Under the pieces are notes generated by a model. The model ran no database searches and was not told the origin of the DNA. It was given only the letters and a program-made list of their open reading frames with translations. The position numbers and the translations under genes were made by a program. From contig OX597821.1 of the NCBI GenBank assembly GCA_951406725.2, positions 52,080,001-52,144,000 of the forward strand: a DNA stretch of 64,000 bases, in the 5' to 3' direction. Shown piece after piece: positions 24,124-36,995 of the stretch. The first letter of the stretch is position 1; the number at the start of each line of letters is the position of its first letter. The DNA is from Octopus vulgaris. Taxonomy: Eukaryota.

Positions 24124-25531
24124 CGCGCGCATATATCATTCAGAGCAACAGTAAAATGGATGAACTGTTCTTGGTAGTTATTTAATAAGTTCCAATCTAT
24201 CACCATTCTCGACAATACAATCAAACGTATAAATTCTGACATCGAATGAATTTCAAAGACAGTTGGTTAGATGAAAGAGCAACAAGCAAGATGAAGGAAC
24301 GGCAAGAGAGAATAGAATAAGAAACGATAGCGGGAAGAAGAAAGAAAATTGTAAATGAAAAAGAAGAGGAACGTCAGAAAAGGTGATGGTAGTTTTAACA
24401 ATAAGGATATAAGAACGATTAGATTTACTGATTCGTCGCAAACTATATCATTACTGTTGGTGAAGAACAAGAAAGAAGATGCTAAAGTTTTCCTTGTCAA
24501 TACCAACAGCATCAACAACTGCTTTTCATCCTAGAAGTACCACTCAAAGATATATTAGTCGCTTCATTCCTTATAGTTGTACTGAGAAAGTTAATCAACT
24601 TCTGCTGAAAGAGCAGCTTTATTCAAACAGGATGAAAAGGGAATTTTGCATTACGTTACACATGGAAAACGCGCGAATATTTACATACATACATGCATAC
24701 ATACATACACACAAACACACACGCTTACACATACATATATTTGGCCATCTATATATTACACCCAAAATCTCTAGAACTGGAATCAGTGGATTTAAAAATG
24801 ATGTGTAATCAAATCTGCTTATAGTAGACAAGTGGAAATCATTGTTGAAATTTAAGACATCTTTCCTTTAGGGAAAGAAACAGAGACTGAAATATTAATC
24901 AAAGGAGGTGTAAAAACATGTCAGTCGTATGCAGTGGATTTCCATCCGAGTTGAATGGAAGACAAAGGCATTTTCGAATGTTTGAAAGATGTGGACATCA
25001 AATACCTATCCAAGCTTATGCGAAAACTACTAATCTTTTGGGCAAAATAATTTCATAAAGGAACTGAATCAGCGTTTTCTGATTGGCTGTGTAAGTTTGA
25101 TGTATATTTTTATGGCGTCAACATTTCATATTCTCGTCACTTAATTGCATTTGGTTGAGAATAATTATCAACGAATCTTTAAAATATTAGTAATATAAAT
25201 CAAATAAGATCATTAAATTAATGTATTTAATAGCATATATGCATGCATACATACACTCACACAGACATAACCATTCACAGCTGATTAATTAAGAGTTTTG
25301 CTTCTTAATCTGGTTAGTTCAAAAATGTTTGTAACATATAAAACTTTAAATACTATTTCCCTGCAATTTACTATGGCGAAAACATTCTCGCTTGTAGTAA
25401 AAGGTGCTTCTCATATCGTTCGTGATATATACATATGCACCCACACACATTTGTATGTATATATATATATATAAACACACTTGTATATGACAAATGTATG
25501 TGTGAGTATATATACATATACATACATACAC

Positions 25532-25576
<45 letters not shown>

Positions 25577-25579
<3 letters not shown>

Positions 25580-25986
25580 TCTTTTACTCTTTACTCTTTT
25601 ACTTGTTTCAGTCATTTGACTGCGGCCATGCTGGAGCACCGCCTTTAGTCGAGCAAATCGAACCCGGGACTTATTCTTTGTAAGCCCAGTACTTATTCTA
25701 TCGGTCTCTTTTTGCCGAACCGCTAAGTGACGGGGACGTAAACACACCAGCATCGGTTGTCAAGCAATGCTAGGGGGACAAACACAGACACACAAACACA
25801 CACACACATATATATATATATATACATATATACGACAGGCTTCTTTCAGTTTCCGTCTACCAAATCCACTCACAAGGCATTGGTCGGCCCGAGGCTATAG
25901 CAGAAGACATTTGCCCAAGATGCCACGCAGTGGGACTGAACCCGGAACCATGTGGTTGGTTAGCAAGCTACTTACCACACAACCAC
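25577..25986 (-). mobile_element. SINE family A, full length
   Basis: Near-identical to the other family A copies. Confidence 0.9.
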
Positions 25987-26335
25987 TAATATATATATTA
26001 GAAATACGGTTAAACACAGGTTTATATGATAAAATCCTATGTGCATTTCCCGATTACGATTGCTTGGTGCCATAGAATAGGTTTCCTAAATGCTCAACTT
26101 TGCTGATCATCAAAGAATACTATATTAATTCACCTCTCACCTATCTCTTACCTACCTTTCCCTCCACTCTTCATTCCTCTGTTCATCTCTTCCCTACCTC
26201 TTAGCTATATGTATGTATGTATTTAATCAAATTAATTTATTTAATATATTTGTATTTTGCATAACTATATCCATTCCATGTAAAATAGCATATTAATATG
26301 TTGTTCTGTATTATAATTTTATATTATATATTTCG

Positions 26336-26375
<40 letters not shown>

Positions 26376-26408
26376 ATATTATATGCATTTATTTTATTCA
26401 GTTTTGCT

Positions 26409-26733
26409 GGCTTAGCTGTGTGGTAAGAAGCTTGCTTCTCAACCACATGGTTCTGGGTTCAGGCCCCCTGCGTGACACCTCGGGTAGACAGAAATTGAAA
26501 GAAGTCCTCCGTTTATATTCATTATGTGTGTCTTTGTATCTGTGTTTGTCTCCCACCACAAACTAGTGTTGGTGTGTTTACGTCCCCATAACTTAGCGGT
26601 TCGGCAAAAGATATTGATAAAATAAGTACTAGGCCTGAAAAATAAGTCATAAGGGTCGATTTGTTCAACTAGATACTTCAAGGTAGTGCCTCAGCGTGGT
26701 CGCAGTCAAATGATTGAAATAAATAAAAGATAA
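26409..26733 (+). mobile_element. SINE family A, diverged and internally deleted
   Basis: GCTGTGTGGTAAGAAGCTTGCTT...GGTTCAGG...CGGTTCGGCAAAAGA...CAGTCAAATGATTGAAA. Confidence 0.8.
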
Positions 26734-26972
26734 ACATTTCTGCCTAATTGTACAAATTAATCACCTATTTTCTTTATACTTGTCTCACTCTCTTTTCCTT
26801 TTTCTCTCTTTCTAATTCTTTTTCTATCTTTATTCTCTACTTGCTTTCTCTTGCACCTAACGTACTTCTTTCGCTTCAAGTTGCTTTCTGTCTATTTCCC
26901 TCAATAGTTAAAAAATGCCTCACAATCGATCCAAGTTTGGATATAGTTATATGTAACTTAACGCAATAAAGT

Positions 26973-27059
26973 GTTCCCTGATGATCTGTTGTGGTTGTGC
27001 ATTTAGAAGACATATTCTAGATCTCCAGACAACTATAATGGTGAAACGCGCGTAGGAAC
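26973..27059 (+). ncRNA. Type I hammerhead ribozyme with an extended stem II, in a probable PLE 3' end
   Basis: GUUCC-CUGAUGA-U-[CUGUUGUGGUUGU...ACAACUAUAAUGG, 13 bp including G-U]-U-GAAAC GCGC GUA-GGAAC. Stem III is the palindrome ACGCGCGU. It is preceded by a pyrimidine-rich UTR-like tract, as at 16.9 kb. Confidence 0.75.
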
Positions 27060-27367
27060 CATTATATAAAACTGTGTTTATCCATATTTTCCCTACATTT
27101 GGCCTGTAATTCATAACTAGAAACACTCCTCGATATGAAAGCTACTCAACAACTATACAGAAAGCAGACAGAATTATGAAAATCTTCAAAGAGTTCTAAA
27201 CCTAAAAGTAGTAGTTGTACATCTATTCGTACATATAGTTTCATATATATATATATATATATATATACAGGGGAGAATTCACAAAAAAAAAGAAAAACAA
27301 AAGACAAAGACAGGTGGTGTAGACAACAAACAGATGTATTAGTATAACGCTCCGGAAGTGAAAAAGT

Positions 27368-27403
27368 CTTTAACATTTCGAGCCTACACTCTTCCACAGA
27401 AAG
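27368..27403 (-). ncRNA. Hammerhead-like motif with A6U change, in a short repeat (~27270-27480)
   Basis: Minus strand: CUUU-CUGUGGA-A-GAGU GUAG GCUC-GAAAU GUU-AAAG. Stems I and II are intact; the core is non-canonical. Confidence 0.45.
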
Positions 27404-28080
27404 GAATACAGAAAGAAACAAGGAGAGAAAATAAAGAATGTGTAGTGGCTAGCGATCTATCATGGCGAAGGCCGGATAAATATATATATATATATATAAA
27501 TATATATATAGACAGACAGATACACATACACAAACAAACTTACATACACATATTTATAGGCTGTCTGTGTATTATTTGGAAAATATCAATATTTATATCT
27601 TTAACAAATCACTATTAAAATTTTTTCGCTTAGCAAAAGGAACATAAAGATTACTTATTCGACTAACGTTAACTTTTCATAGATCTTTGCCGACTTTTAT
27701 AGCTCTAACCTAAGTAAAAATAAGTCACATAAGTTGAACAACCAATACAATTGTTGTAGACTCAATCCTTAACAAAGAGTAGTGTATTCCAATGTATAGT
27801 GAGAACCAACACTATAACACTTTATCCACATCACACTCATTTAGCCTTTGGTATACCTTCCACACCCACACCTTAAAAAAAACTCTGGTAGATTGAACTT
27901 ACTAGTTATGCCCTTAAGGGAACTAACGTTTTCACCTGAATTAGAATAATTTACTTTTCTAGAAAGTAAAATGTTCTAATTTAAAGAAATCCTAAAAAAA
28001 ATTATTTAAGAAACAAAATGCCTTTCAACCATCGTAAGAGTGAAAACTTTGTAATACGTTTTGCCAAGTCCCTTACAAAT

Positions 28081-28264
28081 CAGTATTTCAAATTTTTACC
28101 ACAAGCGCAGCTTGGGGGAGGTGATAATGAGTCGATTCAACTGGTACTTATTTCATCGACCCCGAAAGGAGGAAAGGAGGAATTCGAACTTAAACGTAAA
28201 GACGGGCGATATGCCGCTAAACATTTTGCCCGGTATGCAAACGATTCTGCCAGCTCGCCGCCTT
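28081..28264 (-). mobile_element. SINE family C with 16-bp TSD
   Basis: TSD CAAGTCCCTTACAAAT at 28065-28080 and 28265-28280. Confidence 0.88.
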
Positions 28265-28638
28265 CAAGTCCCTTACAAATAATAAACTCTCTTAGCATTT
28301 CACATCAAACATGCACAAGGCTTTAAAGATGTGTAGAGACTTTAAATCCTCTAAATCTCCACATATTCATCTGAGCTGAAATTGTTTACTTTTCTAGAAA
28401 CTAGAACGTTCTAATTTCGAGAAATCTTGAAATATCTTATTCAGGTAATAAAAAACCATGTAACCCTTGCAAAAATTAAAGCTTTGTAATACGTTTGCCC
28501 AAGTCCGTTATCAACGATGAAGATCTGGGCAAAGTTTATACTAGTCAAATAGGAAATATTAATGACTCTTTTAAATTAGCAAAATTTAATGATGCTACAA
28601 ATGATGTTACAAATCTTTCCCAAATATCATACTGACGT

Positions 28639-28696
<58 letters not shown>

Positions 28697-28698
<2 letters not shown>

Positions 28699-28896
28699 AT
28701 GTTGGTACATAATTATTGCGGCTTTTTTTCAATAAATTTTATTCAATAAAAAATTTAAACAAAACGCCAAACAGAAATTATAGTAGATAGTGAATATGCT
28801 CCGGAATAATCATTTAAAGATGTTTTTGTTAAATGTTATTGTTTTTGTTGAATCAAATTTATTGAAAAAAGCCGCAATAATTATGCACCAACTTTA
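28697..28896. mobile_element. 200-bp mariner-derived MITE
   Basis: ~55-bp inverted termini TAATGTTGGTACATAATTATTGCGGCTTTTTT / TAAAGTTGGTGCATAATTATTGCGGCTTTTTT, flanked by TA. They resemble the Hsmar1/MADE1-type TIR (TTAGGTTGGTGCAAAAGTAATTGCGG). Confidence 0.8.
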
Positions 28897-28964
28897 TATA
28901 TATACATATATATATATATGTATGTGTGTGTGTGTGTCTGTGTGTGTGTGTGTCTGTGTGTGTG

Positions 28965-29252
28965 TGGAAACACAATGGCCTAGTGGTTAGGGCAGCGGAC
29001 TCGCAGTTTCGATTCCCAGACCGGGCGTTGTGAGTGTTTATTGAGCGAAAACACCTAAAAAGTTCCACGAGGCTCCGGCAGGGGCTCGTGGCGATCCCTG
29101 CTGTACTCTTTCGCCACAACTTTCTCTCACTCTTTCTTCTGTTGGCTTGCTCGCTTAGCCAGAGGGGTAGCGTCATATGAAGGCTAAAACAATGCGATGC
29201 GCATTATGACCAGCAATGTGTAGCAACATCTGATAGCCTGGACGGTCACGGT
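28965..29252 (+). mobile_element. SINE family B, tail type 2
   Basis: Head CAATGGCCTAGTGGTTAGGGCAGCGGACTCGC; tail GAAGGCTAAAACAATGCG...CTGATAGCCTGG.CGGTCACG. Confidence 0.85.
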
Positions 29253-29277
29253 GATGGTGATATATATATATATATAG

Positions 29278-29357
<80 letters not shown>

Positions 29358-31970
29358 GTATATTTGTGTAAAGAACGATTATATATTTCTATTTCTTTTA
29401 AGTTTCGCTAGTTTATTATTTCTTTTATCTGTTCCCTTTTTTACAGATTCCTTTATCTTCTCATTATATACTTCCTAGAATGACATCTCTATGATTACTC
29501 ATCTTTTTCTATCTAAAGAGACTGTTATATTTATTCTTTGTAAACATACCTTGCTGTCTATCTACCACGTTTCTCTGTACCTAAACAGTAGAGTCTATTT
29601 AGACGTTCTAGAAAGGCATTCGTATTTAATATCAGTTATTATTTTATTTGTCTCAAGTTTTCTTTTTATTTTGTAATGTTTATGGTTTACTTGATTTTAT
29701 CAACATTCTTTTTCGTTTTCTAACTACTCCTTGCTTTCTTTTTATCTATTTTTCCATCTTGTTCTTTCTCCGTGAAGCTTAACGATCCATTCTATATATT
29801 TACCTAGCTCACTCTGCCTTATCATACAACTATCAAAAATTTCTATTTAGTTATTTATATGCTTATCTCAATCACACTAGATAAAGTATTCTACTTATCT
29901 ACCCATCCTTCTCTTCGTAAGTAGACAACTCTCAATGTATTCCCTTATAGTTTTTTGCAGTTTTCTATATCAGTTCTCGTGTAGTTCTCTCTTTCACAAA
30001 GGTTTTCTCACTTGTTTATCCATTTATTAGCTAAAGATTATACCAACACCAAAAAATAAACCTTTATATCTTTTCGTTTCTGATTGTTACTTTAATCTTT
30101 TATACACATCTCTTAACAACCGGCTATCAATCTAGTTTCCATTTCAAATTCATTATAATCTTTACCTCCACTTCATTTCCCATTGTTCACCTTCCATTTC
30201 AATGGGTAATTCTCATTCTTTCTTCATTTTCTTAACCACAGTTCCGGGTTCAGTCCCACTGCGTAGCACCTTGGGCAAATGTCTTATACTATAAGCTTTG
30301 GGTCGGCCAAAGCCTTGTGAGATAGTGGTCATGCTGGTGCACTCCTGAAAGAGTTTTTTAAAATACAATATTGACTTCGGTGTTTATTTTATCGTTTATC
30401 GAAGCTCCAGGCAATAACACTGGTTTTGAACCGGTGGAAATGCACACATTCATGTATACGCACAAACACAAGCACACAGACACACTCACACACATACTAA
30501 GATGCATTTGTGTTAGTTGCTACTCAAATTCTGAAAAAATTTGTTAGATTTGAATGCAATAAAAAAAGAAATTGAAACCGCGATACTATCATATTTTGTA
30601 TCGTAAAGTAAAACAAATAAAACCTGTTAAAAAAGATAATTTTGTACAGACAGATATCGATCTGTTAGAAATAATATTGAAATCTCCCCCAAACTAAAGC
30701 GTACATTTGAAAAAAAAATTGAAAGAAAGGGTCCCTTTGGATGAATAATCTGAGATATAGAAAAAGGCGGGGTGGTAACGAATAGAACATCTCTTATCAG
30801 GGATTTGTTCTATCAGAGTTCACCTGCAATTATGCAACATCAACGACAACAACACTTTCTTAAAAAGAACTACAAAGAAGTATTCTGAATTTTGAGATAT
30901 GAGTGTACGCTACATGCAATCACGTGCAAAAGGAATCGGAGAATGACAAATGGCTTATTAGTGCGTTTATGAAATGATTTAGGCTGTAACGGAAGGTATT
31001 TTGTTTAAAATATTCTGAGTGAAAATTTAGTAAAAACAAAATATTATTTTGTATGAAATGCTAAAAAACATTCGGAAACATAACTCCTAGTTATCACCAA
31101 AGCAATATTCTAAAACTGTATAGTTTTTCAGTGTTGGTTTTTGTTATTCAGTAAATAAACCCCCCAAAAACAACAAAAAAAACAAAAAACAAAAACGAAA
31201 GTGGATATAAAGTCCTATCTGTTGAAAATACTGCCATTGCTTCAATTAAATTTTAAAAATAATGAAGAATTTATCAAAATAACTTCATCACTATTAATCT
31301 GGTGTTTGGAACATAAATTAACATGAAATTTTGATGGAAGGTTTTTAGATCACTTTAAAACGGAATTTGTTTTATAAAACCATGGACGGTTTCAGGCAGA
31401 GTAGTATCAAAAGGGTGACTTTCAAGTCTCATTATTACACTGCCCTTAAAGAAGTTTGTTTTCCTTATTTGATGCGAGTTATATGTATCATAAGTTATGT
31501 TGTGACAGAGGTGCATGTATCGATAATACATCGAGGTGTACCAACAGGAGATTTCTTGCTGTTGGAGTGGTGAATGGTGATAATTTAACAAAGTACTTCA
31601 GAAACAGAGGACAAAGCAAAATGCTATCAGTTTTTGCGGTTGAAATTCTATCGTCAGGGCTTTGTATAACAACAACTCAGAAAGAAAAGACTATAATAAA
31701 ACCTATAATCAATCGATGTAGGACAATTATGAGTATAGCAACAGTACATCATATATTCAGTATTGAAGTTTACTATAGTTGTAGGAAGTTTTCTAAAGAA
31801 TTACTCTTGCTTTTAAAGTAATTCCCTTGTGTTACCATTGATCTGGTTATATCGATACATTAACACCAAACTGATCGAATTAAGTTAGTTTTTATGATAG
31901 CTTTTATATATTTTCATATTCTATTTTAAATCCCTGTTACAGGATTCAAGTGGTGATGCATACATACATA

Positions 31971-32037
<67 letters not shown>

Positions 32038-32054
32038 ATGTGTGTATATATAAG

Positions 32055-32106
<52 letters not shown>

Positions 32107-32501
32107 TATATATATGTATATATGTATATCTCTCTATATATGTATGTATATATATCTCTCTCTATATGTTTATATATATATATATATATATATACTCTCA
32201 CATACACACACATATGCATGTATGTATATGAGTGTGTGTACAATACCGACAGATAGCTATGAATATTTATATATGAATTCGTATCCCCGATCTAACAGCG
32301 ATTTAGGAAGGCAGCAACAGCAGGTAGTAGTGGAAGGTAGAAGGCATCAAAGCTACAACTGTGAAAATACTCATCACCCACAATGCGTTCTGCAGCTAAT
32401 AATAGAAAGTGCCAACAGGAAGAGGGCTTCTGCTATTTCCGTCAACTCGAATAATGACAGAAACCATAACGTAAACAATTACAGTAGCCACAACAGTATG
32501 A

Positions 32502-32617
32502 GACCGATAGAATAAGTACTGGGCTTACAAAGAATAAGTCCCGGGGTCGAGATACTCGATTAAAGGCGGTGCACCAGCATGGCCGCAGTCAAAATGACTG
32601 AAACAAGTAAAAAAAAA
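32502..32617 (+). mobile_element. SINE family A, 5'-truncated 3' end
   Basis: GACCGATAGAATAAGTACTGGGCTTACAAAGAATAAGTCCCGGGGTCGA...TGACTGAAACAAGTAAAA. Confidence 0.85.
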
Positions 32618-33336
32618 CAACAACGAAGAACATACCAGCAACAGACCCCCACTCCAAAGAAGAAAATAGGTCTCTTCCCAACTCACACCACACAGTCATA
32701 TCACGCGGAGAAAAAACGGTGAGGAGCCTAAAAGGCAAAAATGCTACTGATGGAAAGAAAGAAAAAGAAAACAAAAAGACGCCAACGACAACCCCTTCAA
32801 AATTAGGAGATCTGAATACACGGAAAGCGATTTTGAGGAAGGTGCACCAACATAATCGTAAACAGCAGCTGTACCTGTACTATCAGCATCATCACCTCCA
32901 TTCCCAGAACCCGCCATTACAACAACGATCTGAACTTAATACACATACACAACAAAAATCTCATCTCTCACTACAACGCAAGCAAAAAAAAAAAAAAAAA
33001 AAAAAGAAATAGGTATCATTACACGGCTATAAACACAATCAATGAAGAACAAATGTATCGCATACACCAACATACAAACGTCACACGCAATAATTATATG
33101 ACATTAACTAAAAGCATTGCAGCACACACACACAAATCATGTAAATATCGCAACATACATATAAAAAACTAAACACTGCAGCGGAGTAGAACACTTTAGA
33201 GTAGGAGATTTAATAATAATAATAATAATGATAGTAATAATATTTTCTGTATTATTCACTAGGGAAAAACAAAAAGAAAAAAAAAACCTAAAAAACCAAC
33301 AACTTTTTGTGAATCCTTAATGAATAATACAGAAAA

Positions 33337-33401
<65 letters not shown>

Positions 33402-33402
33402 T

Positions 33403-33618
33403 AAGGCACCGAGCTGGCAGAATCGTTAGTACTTTGGGCGAAATGCTTAGCAGTATTTCATCTGCCGCAACATTCTGAGTTCAAATTCCGCCGAGGTCGA
33501 ATTTGTCCTCATCCTTTCGAGGTCGATAGATTAACTACCAATAAAGAACTGGGATCGTTATAATCGACTAGTCCCCTCCCCACAAATTTCAGACCTTTTG
33601 CCTATAGTAGAAAGGATT
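33403..33618 (+). mobile_element. SINE family C within (ATT)n
   Basis: AAGGCACCGAGCTGGCAGAATCGTTAG...GAGTTCAAATTCCGCCGAGGTCG, with ATT runs on both sides. Confidence 0.85.
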
Positions 33619-33659
33619 GTTATTGTTGTTGTTATTATTATTATTGTTATTATTATAAT

Positions 33660-35075
33660 TGCCTTTGCACAGCTTCTAACACTGGAGGAGTCATCATTAT
33701 CATTGTTCGACCGTGGTCGAGACAATGGAATTTACCATGCTACGCCAGACTTCACGGTCCATCATGGCATTGTACTACAGCGTTAGCTGTTCACTACCAG
33801 CGAACTACGGTAACAACTCTTATTTTTCGAGCACCTCCCAGAGTATTCGATCGGTTCCAATCAGTGCTGCTTTCTGCAAGTGCTCCACCATCATTGCAGC
33901 CCCTGTTTGTTCCACGTGCTTCTCGAGACTTTTGCGCACTGTTCCCAGGGATCCGACAATTATTGGTACTACTGCTACCTGTTTCATCGACCACAACTGC
34001 TTCACTTCCCAAGCAAACCTGTCATATCTCTCAACTCTTCTTTCTTCCTTATCGCATACCTTGTTGTCAGTTGGGCATGCTCTATCTATGATCCAGCAGA
34101 GTTTGTTTTCTTTCTCAATTAAGACTACGTCCGGCTTACAATTCTCTATCTCATGGTCGCACTGAATCATAAAATCCCATAGGACTTTTGCATTTCTACT
34201 TTCGACGATACTTTCAGGTTTGTAGTTGTACCAAGTTTTTGCTCTGCCAAGTCCATACTTGTTGCAAAGTGTCCAATGGACAAGCCTAGCTATATTGTCG
34301 TGACGTCTCTTATATTCCTTCTGAGCTAGTGGCGTACATTGGCTGGTAATATGCCATACGGTTTCACCGTATTGTCCTCAGATTCTGCACTTATCACTTT
34401 CTGATGTGTTGTCTATTCTGTATTTTATGTAGTTTGTTCTTAGTTCTTGCTCTTGGGCAACACAAATTAGAACCTCCGTTTCCGGTTTTAAATCACTTTT
34501 AGTCATCCACAGCCATCTTTTTCTCTGTCTGTCTTATCTTCAACATCCCTATGAAATTGACCATGAATTCTTTTCTTTACCCACCTATTTCCAGTTTCAT
34601 TTGTTTTCAATTCCTTGTGTAGTGCTTTATCTTTACAATCTTTCATCCTACATAAGCCTGACCTTCTTATTTCTAATAAAAGCGGTTCTATGACTTTTTA
34701 CATACCATACTATGTTGTTTTCTTCTGCTTTAATGCTGTGTTCGCATCCAATAAGTCCTCTTACCACTCTTTTTCTTGGTGCATACAGTTTGTCTGTGTA
34801 ACTTCTTGGGAGAAGTGACCCATATCAAGTTAGCAACTTCCTTGTCTTTCTGTCTAAGCTGTTTAGTTCGTCTACTGTCCATGTGATTTCCCCTGCTCCA
34901 TATCTAAGGTGTGAAACCGCCCAGGTGTTGATAGCTTCGATCTTATTCCGTCCATTTAATTTCGACTTAAGGATCAGTCTCAGTCTGTGCAAGTACTCCA
35001 CCTTAAATTTTTCTTTCATTTCTTTCTGCATCAATTCATCCATTTCCAAAATCTCCAAGTACAGAGGTCCAATAG
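33660..35075 (-). mobile_element. 5'-truncated R4/Dong-clade non-LTR retrotransposon (RT thumb, CCHC knuckle, restriction-like endonuclease), pseudogenised
   Basis: Peptides [62 protein letters not shown] and KPDVVLIEKENKLCWIIDRACPTD...PIIVGSLGTV...LQKAALIGT. The 3' end abuts (TAA)n. Confidence 0.9.
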
Positions 35076-35153
35076 AATAGCTCTCAGAGACAGATCACCT
35101 ACAAATTCGTTCTTCACAACACCTGGAGCTGCTTTCAGATGCGATCCATCCCA

Positions 35154-35366
<213 letters not shown>

Positions 35367-35372
35367 ATTATT

Positions 35373-35636
35373 ATTATAATTTAGGGTATCTACGAGATAC
35401 CGCCATGCTGAAAATAGCAGCCAAGATCTGACTCTAAAACCAAATTAAATGTTCATATAGCACCATTTCTAAATGCAAAGCCAGAAATACGGGATCTCGA
35501 ATTATCCAGTAATCTTTTACTAGTTTTATTTTGTCTTCTCTCCTTGTGCTATATAAACATTTAATGTGGTTTTAGAGTCAGATCTTGGCTGTTATTTTCA
35601 GCAAGGTGGTATCTCGTAGATATCCTAAATTATAAT
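35373..35636. repeat. MITE-like fold-back with ~90-bp inverted arms
   Basis: 35373-35463 (ATTATAATTTAGGGTATCTACGAGATACC...GATCTGACTCTAAAACC...ATATAGCAC) is the near-perfect reverse complement of 35546-35636, with an ~82-bp spacer. Confidence 0.85.
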
Positions 35637-35944
35637 TTTAATAATTATTACCTTTGGAGGTATTTATTTCCATGCTGGCCACTTGATAAGATCATTATTT
35701 AATTTGAATTAACGATCTTAACCTTATTTATATAAATTTAAATTTATTTCGTCACTGTATTTACTGCGGTGATGTTTTAGCCATATCACAAGATGAAGTT
35801 ACAAAGCGGGCAATCTAAACTGGTCGTGTTGCATACGTGTATATATATGTATTTATACGTTCATATATGTAAGTATTCGTATGTTGTATTATATATATAT
35901 GTGCATTTAAGTTTCTCTCTGCGTATATTCCACTGATGAGGCAA

Positions 35945-36995
35945 AGTTAACAGATTCTCTACCTTCCACCTAACACCACTCCTATCCTGCAGTCCATGGA
36001 CCAGCAGGAGATCTCTAATTTCAAGAATCTCTTCACCAAGCACCTCTTCCGCCGCTGCTTTGAGATCATGGAGACCACAAACCTCACCCATCGAGAGTTC
36101 TGGAAGGACCACTATAACATCATAGAATGCTTCAGAATTATCGATATGGCCTGGTAGGGTGTTACAAAGAGGACTTGTGGCCTGAGGTTGTGTCTGAAAC
36201 GGACTTTGAAAGACGCAAACCCGAAGCGGTAGTGGTGGAGGAGATTGTATTACTCGGCAAATCCAAGGCCTGCACGTGGATGAAGGTGATATCAATGAAC
36301 TCATCTAGGAGCTCTCCGAGAAACTGACAACGGAAGAGCTAAAGGAGCTACAAACGCAGCATTACACGGTGGTTTTGCAGGAAATAGGTGACGCGGAGGG
36401 GATTGAGGTGGTTATCTCTACCAGTGTGATAAAAGGAAATGTTGGGAATGTGGGAGAAACTTTCAGACTTTATTCAAAAGAAACACCTAGAAAAAGTTGC
36501 AACTTGGCGTGCGACGGGACCATTTAAAGACATTTGCCTAACTCATTCTAGAAACATTGAGGATAAAACAGACCTTATTGGACAGATTTTTATCGAAAAT
36601 TCCTGCAGATGAAAGTGAGGAAAGCGTGGCAAAAAGGGGCAAAAATCAGCGAATAAAACTCAATTATTCAGTTCAGCCTTTCTGCTCCACCTCCGTCAGT
36701 ATCCCCAAGTCGTTTGATCTCCAAGGTAAATGCTGTACATTATACTTAATAAAACCAGTTTATTGCAGTACGTTTTATTGTATTGTTTTCTTTGTATACA
36801 CTATTCGTTATTTATAAGTACATTTTTCTTATTTAAAAACACACAACAAAAAAATTGCGGTGTTTTTGGGGCGTTCGGAACGGATTAATGGCATTTCAGT
36901 TCATTACAATGGAGAAACTTGATTTGACATACGAGTAATCTGAGTTACGAGATCCGGCACGGAACGAGTTAAACTCGTAAGTCAAGGTACCACTG
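35945..36995 (+). mobile_element. 3' half of a pogo/Tigger DNA transposon
   Basis: Frameshifted YLPPNTTPILQSMDQQEISNFK..F..HLFRRC...EFWKDHYNI...IDMAW. The right TIR is AAACTCGTAAGTCAAGGTACCACTG followed by TA. Confidence 0.85.

Noticed and set aside
24253-24808. Non-repetitive stretch with hydrophobic ORFs and a minus-strand acceptor-like site near 24605
   Set aside because: No recognisable domain; the purine/pyrimidine skew explains the ORFs. It could be UTR, but this is unsupported.
31215-31415. Possible piggyBac-like MITE ending TATCAAAAGGG
   Set aside because: No matching left TIR or TTAA TSD is visible in this copy.
35933-35950. CTGATGAG motif
   Set aside because: No downstream stem II/GAAA; it runs directly into the Tigger fragment.
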